The notes under the pieces are model-generated. The model did no database searches, had not been told where the DNA came from, and saw nothing but the letters and a program-made list of their open reading frames with translations. From positions 70,370,001-70,434,000 of the forward strand of contig NC_043009.1 in NCBI RefSeq assembly GCF_006345805.1: DNA of 64,000 nucleotides, in the 5' to 3' direction. This DNA comes from Octopus sinensis. Its lineage: Eukaryota. Within the stretch, counting starts at the first letter, position 1; every line of letters begins with the position of its first letter. Positions 54,958 to 64,000 of the stretch are shown here, in pieces. A program made the translations under genes and the position numbers.

Positions 54958-54996
<39 letters not shown>

Positions 54997-54997
54997 G

Positions 54998-55028
<31 letters not shown>

Positions 55029-55048
55029 GTAGATAGATAGATAGATAA

Positions 55049-55084
<36 letters not shown>

Positions 55085-55132
55085 GTAGATAGATAGATAG
55101 ATAGATAGATAGGTAGATAGATAGATAGATAA

Positions 55133-55215
<83 letters not shown>

Positions 55216-55216
55216 T
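54640..55216. repeat. (GATA)n array of about 570 bp with interspersed GGTA/AATA variants
   Basis: Directly visible. Confidence 0.97.
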
Positions 55217-55385
55217 ACACCCGCACATACACTGTTTTCATTGATATAGATATAAATTCAAATGTACATAAACGATTTTTTTCCATGCTTATCACAAAGA
55301 GGTATTTTGACATTGAGGAGTTCTATTTCACGATGCATACACATCAGAATTTGTTGCGAATATGTTTTATCATCTGTGCCACATA

Positions 55386-55421
<36 letters not shown>

Positions 55422-55533
55422 TCAGTTTCCCTATTTCTCTGTCTATATATATATATATAATATATATATATATATCCAACCATATCTCCATCTAATTACC
55501 ATTAAAACCAAATATAAATGTGTATATATATAT

Positions 55534-55570
<37 letters not shown>

Positions 55571-55571
<1 letters not shown>

Positions 55572-55720
55572 CTCTCTCCTTGTTTCTTTCTGTGGAAGTG
55601 TGTAGACTCGAATACCGTTAAAGACTTTTTCACTTCCCGACCGTTAAACTCATACATCTGTATGTTTTTTTACACCAGCTGTCTTCATCTTTTATTTTCC
55701 TTGTGAATTCTTCCCATATA
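55571..55720 (+). mobile_element. second copy of the (TA)n-embedded hammerhead-variant element
   Basis: TCTTT-CTGTGGA-A-GTGT-GTAG-ACTC-GAATACC-GTT-AAAGA at 55585-55624; downstream 100 bp match 35380-35475. Confidence 0.7.
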
Positions 55721-55775
55721 TATAAATATATAAATATATATATATATATATTCTTTTATTCATTTAATTCTATTA

Positions 55776-55980
55776 CTCTTTTATTCTTTTACTTGTTTCA
55801 GTCATTTCACTGCACCTAAGCTGGGGCACCGCCCTAAGTCGAACGAATCGACCTAAGGACGTATTCTGCGTAAGCCAAGTAATTATTCAATAGGTTTCAT
55901 TGTCGAATCACTTAGTTACGGGGACGTAAACACACCAACATCGGTTGTCAACCGATGGTGGGGTATCAAACACACAAACG

Positions 55981-56011
<31 letters not shown>

Positions 56012-56097
56012 GACAGTCGTCTTTCAGTTTCCATCTACCAAATCCACTTACAAGGCTTTGGTCGGCTCGAGGATATAGTAGAAGACACTTGCCCAAG
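55776..56097 (-). mobile_element. SINE family B, lacking tRNA head
   Basis: Same architecture and same end point (…GACACTTGCCCAAG) as 42764-43027. Confidence 0.85.
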
Positions 56098-56105
56098 TAT
56101 ATATG

Positions 56106-56151
<46 letters not shown>

Positions 56152-56162
56152 CATGTGTGTAT

Positions 56163-56230
<68 letters not shown>

Positions 56231-56239
56231 ACATATATA

Positions 56240-57100
56240 CGAGGGGTACTCAAAAGTAACCGGAAACGCCCTCTGTGGAACAAGCACGTTTTAGCTCAGA
56301 TTTCCGCCGCTAGGAGCCACTTGACGCGACCATCACGCATCAATCTCCCGACCCGGCGTCTTTGAGTGTAGTCCTACTGTCACGTGGTACATCTTTGTTT
56401 TGTAGTGCTTCTCCCGTCTTCGTTGATTTTTGCGATTGTTGAAATGAAATAATAGCGAGCTTGTGCGAAAATCTGTTTTCAGCTGGGGAAAATGGACGCC
56501 GAAACAGTTGTCATGCTTCTAACGGCTTCCAAGTACGCTGCCACGAGCAAAACACAAGCTTACGAGTGATTTTCATGATTTAGGAATGGCTACTTGCCAG
56601 TTGAAGCCCAACCTCGTTCAAGTCAAGCTTCCGAACGAATGAAAACATCAGGAAAATTCATGAATTAATCTTGGAGTACCATCACCGTCCAATGGACGAA
56701 CTTGTGGATATGACTGGAGTCTCCTAGAACTCCTGCCAACGAAATTTGAGCGAGAAATTGCAAATGAAAAGAAATTTGTGCTTCTCTTGCACAGTGAAGA
56801 TCAAAAGGGGTCACGACTGAATGGGTGTCGTGATCTGAGAAAACAGTTGCAAGGTGATCCGAACTTTTTCGAAGGTCATCACTAGTGAGGAAAGGTGGTG
56901 CTACGGAATTGGCAGATGTGGAAGAGGTGAAGAAAAAAAAAAGCAAACGACTGAGGTGTTAAAAGACTGTTTCGAACAGTGGAAAAGGCGTCTGCACCGA
57001 CGCCGCATTGCTTCAAATGGAGAATATTTTTGAAAGCGATAAATCTGTAAACATGTAAAACTAAGTGAATAAAGTAATATTGCAAAATGATCTCCCTTGG
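56240..57100 (+). mobile_element. internally deleted mariner transposon
   Basis: TA|CGAGGGGTACTCAAAAG left end; decayed ACAKICFQLGK..AETV.ML HTH, KVITSEERWCYG (first D region), jumping to CFEQWKRR...GEYF; right TIR not recognisable. Confidence 0.8.
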
Positions 57101-57163
57101 GAAATAGTTACATACACACATAGTATATGTGTGTGTTGTGTTTGTATATACAAATATCCATGT

Positions 57164-57203
<40 letters not shown>

Positions 57204-57289
57204 ACACACACGTAACCATACATACATATATGCATACACAGTGTGTTTTGTGCTTTGTATCGGTGTATGAGTTTGAACGTTTGTACAAC

Positions 57290-58700
57290 GAATTGAGTTT
57301 AAATTCAGCAGGTGGACCCTATGGTTTCCTCGATATTTCCTTTAAATTATGTAAGCAGGCTTTAGTAAAGCCACTTGCGTTACTTTTCTAGAGGTTCCTT
57401 GTATGTGGTAAACTTCCTTAAAATCTAAAAGCAGGCATTCTATGCCCCATCCATAAAGGCAGGAGCAGAGCAGATGCTAAAATCTACAGGCCCGTCTCTC
57501 TAACTTCACATATCAGTAACACCATGAAACGAATCCTTAGAAGGAAACTAATAACTTTCCTAGAAGTAAATAACTTGCTGAACTTTCCTCAATGTGGTTT
57601 CGGCCTGAGATAAAAGCTGACTCACACACCCCTTACAACAATATACCCTTTTTCTCTTTTTGAAGTATCTGCTTAACCATTCAAACGTCGATGTGACATA
57701 TCTTCTCTTTGCAACGGCCTTTGACTAGATAGATCATAGCTTGATATGACACAAGCAGAGAGATATGGTATAAATGGTAAACTAGGCGAGTTTCTACGTG
57801 ACTTCTTAAAATATTAAAGTCAGGCAGGAAACGGTTGTGGCGGGTTTTTAACATCTCTGTTAGCCATGCCCAAGGTCATCAGATATCCACAATCACAAGC
57901 TATGCTGATGATATTACTGCTTAGCTTGTGAAGAACCTTGGCGATGTTGAAATATTGCAACGTGGCCGAAATGCAATATACAAGTAGATTAAACAAGCGA
58001 ACATGTAGTTTATTGCTGGAAATTTCAAGTATTGTGCTGCCAGCTCGCAAATGCACCACAGGACCCGTTGGCAGTGCAATCCCAGCGATAGAGACAATGA
58101 GAAACCTGGTGATCAGCATTTGTAGTGATGCATCATTCCATGTAAAATAAGCAAGATGGCAACAAAATGAAGACAATTAATAAAGATGGATACTAAAGAC
58201 GAAAGAGGACAAGAAGTCGTAATGAATGTGTGGAAGGCGTTGTTGACAACCGACTGCACTATTTCTGTGTCAAACTAACAACGGGGCTTGAAGCGATCCA
58301 GTGCTAATACTCGAAAGCGAGGAACTACTGGGAAAGGCCAAAAAGACTAAGGATTTATTCCTTGGAGCGAAGACACGAGAGATATATAGTGATTTACATG
58401 GGAACATTTCTGGAAAGGCTAGCTTCTGACTTCGGCATCAGAAGATTTACAAATACCCGTAGTATGCGAAACTGCGTAGCACTAAGTTTGCCCTCCACGC
58501 CATCTAAAGTCAGGATCAGGTATTGCAATAGTTTGGACTTCCAAGATTCGATTCCTTCAGTGTTCTTCCAAAATGATTAAAACACCTACTAAGTGTGGAT
58601 ACAGGTGTCTTTGAGAAGCAGCCAGACATTCCCGTATCTACGATACCAAATGAACCAACCTCCGAGCATGGAGCACAGACGATGCCATATGTCAAATAAC
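57290..58700 (+). pseudogene. CR1/Jockey-like LINE RT remnant
   Basis: SAGGPYG...LVKPLALLF...PIHKG.SRADAKIYRPVSLTS...QCGF, SYADD near 57903, YWERPKRLRIYSLERRHERY. Confidence 0.85.
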
Positions 58701-59100
58701 CTCATACACCAAAGGAGACAACAACCAGGTTAAAGCACGTGGAAGAGTGGTGATATGAAATCCGAAATCCCAGACGAAATCAACTATATAAAGTGGATGT
58801 GGAAAGGGCGGAAAACCACGGTGGGGCCCACGCATGACTGCAGCTGCCTGGTTGAAACAGTTATGAGAAATAAATGACAAAGGTAATATATGTATGTATA
58901 TATGCATATATAGATGTTTTACACATACACACACTCACGCATACATATATACAGGCGCGCGCGCACACACATATGCACATGTATATATTTATATAAATGT
59001 ACGCGGGCGTTTCTGTATGTCCGTATGTTTATATAGATCAGTGACACTGACGGGACATTTTTCTAATAAATAATCACACACAGCTTATGTAAGGTACATC

Positions 59101-59152
<52 letters not shown>

Positions 59153-59380
59153 ATAGGACGGGGTTCTGCACAGACTTGTTCAAAGAAATACATATTAAAG
59201 ACACAGGTCTCCCCTGAGCTGTAGTGGAAATATATATAAATAACTAAAAGGCCGCGCAGTGGAGTAGATTCAAGATCACATAGTGGGAAAGCGTATGTCT
59301 TAGACACACTACTCTGCCTCAGGATTTACATGCATACATACATCCATACATACAGACGTACATGTGTGTGTGTGTATGTG

Positions 59381-59414
<34 letters not shown>

Positions 59415-59415
<1 letters not shown>

Positions 59416-59558
59416 TAAATAAGATGAGACAACAAAGCTAAGGCTGTATGGAATTTTCAGTACAGTTATAAAGAGAAAGTTAGTCTTACAGCTGTTTCCG
59501 GGATATTAGGAATACCCATTTCATCAGAGGCGACGTGAGATGGCGAAATAGAGGGAAA
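59415..59558 (-). repeat. left arm of an inverted pLTR-like repeat
   Basis: Reverse complement matches 60354-60500 at roughly 85% by eye. Confidence 0.9.
59483..59531 (-). ncRNA. minimal type I hammerhead ribozyme
   Basis: GCCT-CTGATGA-AAT-GGGTATT-CCT-AATATCC-CG-GAAAC-AGCT-GTA-AGAC; palindromic stem III ACAGCTGT, GUA site. Confidence 0.75.
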
Positions 59559-60353
59559 CAGTAGAGTTCAATATGAGGAGTTATTTGGGAAAAAGATGGA
59601 AATAAGAAGTATAAAGAGAAATAAGAGAATAAAAGTAAAAATAAAAATAATTTGTAGGGTGTTATAGTTGCAGTTCCATTATCCAAGGAAAGTGGTGTGT
59701 AGAAATGGTAGAAATGCTTCTTGTCCGTGATATGTAAATTCCGATAAAAGTTCATATTTTACTATTGCAAATTAAAAGTGTGGAGACTGATATTCCATGT
59801 GCCGTTCATTCTAAGGGGTTTTGGGTTGTGAATGAAATTTTGGCAACGTAGTGGTAGTATTCAGTAGATAGAGAGAAGAGAGATGTATGTTAAATTAAGG
59901 AGGATGGTTAAAAGGAACAGGTGAGTAAAGAAGACAGAAGAGAAAATGATAATGGATTGTTAGATAGTGGTCAAGATGTTATAAGGGGAGATGGAGGGAG
60001 TAGGGGAGGGATAGGGGGAGATAAGAATGCAAGGAATGAATATGTGTGAGGAGTATAAGGTTGGGTGATATATTCGAAAAGCACTAAGGCAGAGAGATGG
60101 TTTCCGAAAATGGTACAGGGTGGGATTACTAAAGCGAGTTGTGAACCTCAAAAAGGAAAGGAAGAAAAATAAGATATAGTAATCAAGTTTCTAGAAATAG
60201 ACAGGTTGAGGACGGAGCATTAATAATTTACGTCAAACCTTCTGCAGATGGTCCCAGAGCAGCATGCGTATGTGTTTGTATGTAATAGACGGATGTGTTT
60301 ATTCGACTAGCTAGTGTGATAGTGGAGGCCGACAAATGAGAGAGAAAGAAAGA

Positions 60354-60500
60354 ATTTCCCTCTATTTAACCCTCTCACATCGCCTCTGATGAAGGGATAT
60401 TTCATAATATCCCAGAAACAACTGTAAGACTAACTTTCTCTTTATAAATGTCCCGAAAATTCCACACAGACTTGGCTTTCTTGTCTCATTTTATTTAACA
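60354..60500 (+). repeat. right arm of the inverted pLTR-like repeat
   Basis: See the left arm. Confidence 0.9.
60382..60430 (+). ncRNA. minimal type I hammerhead ribozyme
   Basis: GCCT-CTGATGA-A-GGGATATT-TCAT-AATATCCC-A-GAAAC-AACT-GTA-AGAC. Confidence 0.75.
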
Positions 60501-60844
60501 TATACAAGCTCATACAAGACCCGCTTTAGACTCCTCACTCGTAGCAGTATCGAACCGAGAGTTTCCCTACCGTCCTTCCATTGACTTATATAGCTTTACC
60601 TGTCACACTGGGGCTTCTGCATACAAATAACTCTCTTTGATTCCTTACTAATACAAGCATTTATTACAGGTAACGCTTATACATATACATACATACACAT
60701 ACGTATACGTACACACACACACACACATATATTTACATGTATGTATATGAATATGTACATATATAAAAAAAAATATATATATTGTGCATATATATATACA
60801 CACATACACACATATATACACATACATTCATATATATATATATG

Positions 60845-60890
<46 letters not shown>

Positions 60891-61059
60891 TTAGGGAATA
60901 AAACCAAATTTACAGGGAAAAATCAGATTTAGGGTTGAATCCAATTTTATAGTAAAATTTTATATAATATTAATTAGAGACAAAACCACTATTTTGAAAA
61001 TCAAACAAGGAAAGACTTAATCAATACATAAAAAAATTTTAATATAAGTAAATAAATCG

Positions 61060-61103
61060 CCACTACAATTGTTTCCTGTCTTCAAATGACATTCATCAGG
61101 TGG
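61060..61103 (-). ncRNA. minimal type I hammerhead ribozyme (left arm)
   Basis: Exact reverse complement of 61177-61220. Confidence 0.8.
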
Positions 61104-61176
61104 ATTTCGTATCTTCTATTCAATTTTAAAGTTATGAAGTCTTCATAACTTTAAAATTGAATTGAAGATACGAAAT

Positions 61177-61220
61177 CCACCTGATGAATGTCATTTGAAG
61201 ACAGGAAACAATTGTAGTGG
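61177..61220 (+). ncRNA. minimal type I hammerhead ribozyme (right arm)
   Basis: CCAC-CTGATGA-A-TGTC-ATTTGAA-GACA-G-GAAAC-AATT-GTA-GTGG; stem I CCAC/GTGG, stem III palindrome ACAATTGT, GUA site. Confidence 0.8.
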
Positions 61221-61306
61221 CGATTTATTTACTTTATATTAAATTTGTTTATGTATTGATTAAGTCTTTCCTTGTTTGATTTGCAAAATAGTGGTTTTGT
61301 CTCTAA

Positions 61307-61353
<47 letters not shown>

Positions 61354-61391
61354 AAAAAGGAGATGTGGAACACGAGTTGTGATATATAAAA

Positions 61392-61707
61392 AAGGAAATG
61401 AAGAAAATGGTGACAAAATAATTTAAGTAATTTATGTAATTTAATTAGGTAAAAGTTAATTTTACCGGTTGCGCATTTGTTATGCTTATCAAAAGATATT
61501 TTTCTAAGAGAGATCGAGTTCCTTTCTGATAGATTTTTTTCCTCTTATCTGGAAAGAGGAAAAAATCTATCAGAAAGGAACTCTATCTCTCTTAGAAAAA
61601 TATCTTTTGATAAGCATAACAAATGTGCAACCGGTAAAAAGAACTTTCACCTAATTAAATTACTTAAATTACTTAAATTATTTTGTCAGCATTTTCTTCA
61701 TTTCCTT
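61392..61707. repeat. second palindrome of about 315 bp (155-bp arms, 7-nt spacer 61547-61553)
   Basis: CCTCTT-ATCTGGA-AAGAGG centre; AAGGAAATGAAGAAAATG / CATTTTCTTCATTTCCTT outer ends. Confidence 0.95.
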
Positions 61708-61714
61708 AGATATA

Positions 61715-61751
<37 letters not shown>

Positions 61752-63049
61752 ATTTAAATATACATATAAATGTATATCTGTATATATCCTACATGCACAC
61801 ACTTATACATTTATATACACGCATATGTATACATACACATATATATGTAAATAAAGAGAGAGGGTTTGTGTGTGAGTATGTCTGTGTTTGTGTGTGTGTC
61901 TGTGTGTGGTAAGTAGAAAGAGAGAGACAAAGAATACAGAGCTTTAATTCTTCAATTCGTATGTATCTATGTGCGTGTGTATATATAAAGCTGCAACAGA
62001 ATCCGAAAGTCCTAAGATGTAAAGAAAAACATAAGAAACTCTGTTTAATATAGCAGTCTTTCATTGCCGGATTAAGTGTAGCTGTGGGTTATTTACATAA
62101 TAATTCCTCTTAAGTACCAAGGAGGTCTACACTCATCAGGAGATTCTCTTGCTGATATTGTTTTGTTTTGTTTTTTCTTTTTGTGGTGATGGTCAAACTT
62201 GGGAAGCACGGTGGTGGAAAAAACATCGATGACATGAAAAGGTAAAAGCACAAGTTCCCTTATCCCTTATATTTGGCTTCTTTGCTTGACCAGCTAGTGT
62301 TTTGCTTTGGTTTAGCCTTCGTTCAGCCATGGGACACAAGACGGTCAGTGACCTTTCAATCATGACTCTATCCGAGGTTTTCCTCTTATTATTTTTTTAA
62401 AATCCTTGTGCTCTACGTGTTCCTCTACTTCGAAAACATTAACTAATAAGGAAGTGTGTTTCCTACTCTCCATGTTCTCAGCTGGTCACGGTTGGAAATC
62501 TAGCCGGAAAGACTAATGAAAGCGGAGGAGCCCGGATCCTCCTAGGAATAAGTAAGCGGGGGAAATGGAAGGATGGACAGATGGATTAAGAATTTAGATG
62601 TGAGTTACTCTCGTCGGCAGATCAGATCGTCTGGGGAAGTTTATCATAATGTCACATAAAGTGATTTTCAAATTCAATACGAACTTTGTTGCTAAAGATA
62701 TTCTGTCTACAGACTGTCGGTATTGATGTGGGGAAAAAAAAACTAAAATAACAAGGGATTACTTGAATAAACATCGGAAGGTATAGAAATCAGAACCGTC
62801 TGCTTTGAATAAAACACAGTTTTTTGAAATTAGGATTTGAATAGAAATAATGAACAAAAGTGTATTCCAGGAAAATCATTTCCTTAATAAAGAGTTTCAA
62901 TATATAAAAAATATATATAAATTCAGTTTATGTGCGTGTTCTTAGACCTTAAATTGGCTGATTTTCTGCCGATTCGTGAAATAACGGCTCATTCATTCAA
63001 TTTCAAGTCAATGCAAACATTGGACTGCTTTAATCTCGCTGTAAGCTAT

Positions 63050-63118
<69 letters not shown>

Positions 63119-64000
63119 CACATATTTTTGTGTACTTCACACACAAATCTCTTTGATCTGAAGTGGCTACCGTATGATCCTATAGAGGCAGCAGTCCTAT
63201 ATCTGTATTAACGTTATCATTTTACACTTAGGAGTGGTTCAAATATTTCATAATTCCCTCGAGGGGAAGTTAACTGTGCTGTTGATGCTATCATTTCCTC
63301 TGTATATCCGATGGTCTCTTTTATAAAGTAGAATAGTATATTCCTTCACAAAGAACGTAGTTTGCTAGCGGAAATGCTTCATTTGAAAATGCAAATAGCT
63401 CCCCTTCCTCTTCATCTAACAGATCGTGGGACCAGTCACGAATCTACTGGACTTTTTCCTCATAGTTCCACGACCAGCAGTTATTGACCTACTTTCAAAT
63501 ATTGCCTCGACTTTTGCACTAGAAACCCGAATAATATTCACCAACCTAAACCGGCGCTTCATTAGATTGGTTCAAAGATACGTTACCCTTTATCACGATT
63601 TATTGATATCGAAAGTTTAACAAGTTTTTCTTACACAAAAGAAGTAACAGTCTTCCAGGCGTGCCTCACTCAATGTCTTCTGTATGTATGGATTTATGTG
63701 TATCTCTATGCATGAATCTATATAGGTTTGGCTGTATATGTGTGTGTGTGTGTGTGTGTATACATACGGTATGCTTCCCAAAAACATGGAGTAGAGAAAC
63801 AAAACAGCATTCAGATAAAGAAAAAAAATAACGTAAAAATATGACAAAACCGAATAATTGCATATAATTTGGTCATTCTAAGAATACTAGTAGAAGTTTT
63901 AAGTAGGGTCTGCTTGAAACGATGCCATTCTAAAGTAGTGTAAAAACAGAAATTCATATAACACAGAACGTATAACATATATTTTTGTTATTAATTATAT

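Larger units (their letters stand above)
60961..61320. repeat. palindrome of about 360 bp (180-bp arms, 1-nt spacer at 61140)
   Basis: GTTATGAAG-T-CTTCATAAC centre; arms align with about half a dozen differences. Confidence 0.95.

Noticed and set aside
54404-55313. Long ORFs (236-274 aa) of LSIY/IYLS repeats, likewise 39700-40317
   Set aside because: Translations of stop-free frames of (GATA)n/(CTAT)n arrays
57060-57115. Right TIR of the mariner element
   Set aside because: No convincing reverse complement of CGAGGGGTACTCAAAAG found

Overview
This is AT-rich, microsatellite-saturated eukaryotic DNA, not prokaryotic. The SINE, LINE and microsatellite content resembles an Octopus-like coleoid cephalopod genome (inferred from repeat content only). 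Nearly all ORFs in the supplied track are artefacts of (TA)n, (CA)n, (TAA)n, (TATG)n and (GATA)n repeats. Supportable features are mostly mobile elements: a 5'-truncated R4/Dong-clade retrotransposon inside (TAA)n plus two further R4 fragments, Penelope-like (PLE) RT remnants in an inverted arrangement, CR1-, RTE- and Tx1-like LINE fossils, a full-length Tc1 fossil with TIRs, an internally deleted mariner, three non-autonomous Helitron-like elements and many tRNA-derived SINEs. Two plus-strand segments (13962-14104, 14957-15016) look like phase-compatible exons of an unidentified host gene. The most notable signal is a set of minimal type I hammerhead ribozyme motifs with palindromic stem III, belonging to several unrelated short element families embedded in (TA)n. 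Three such structures cluster at 59.4-61.7 kb as outward-facing inverted repeats, two of them near-perfect 300-360 bp palindromes. All alignments and folds were done by eye; no database search was run.
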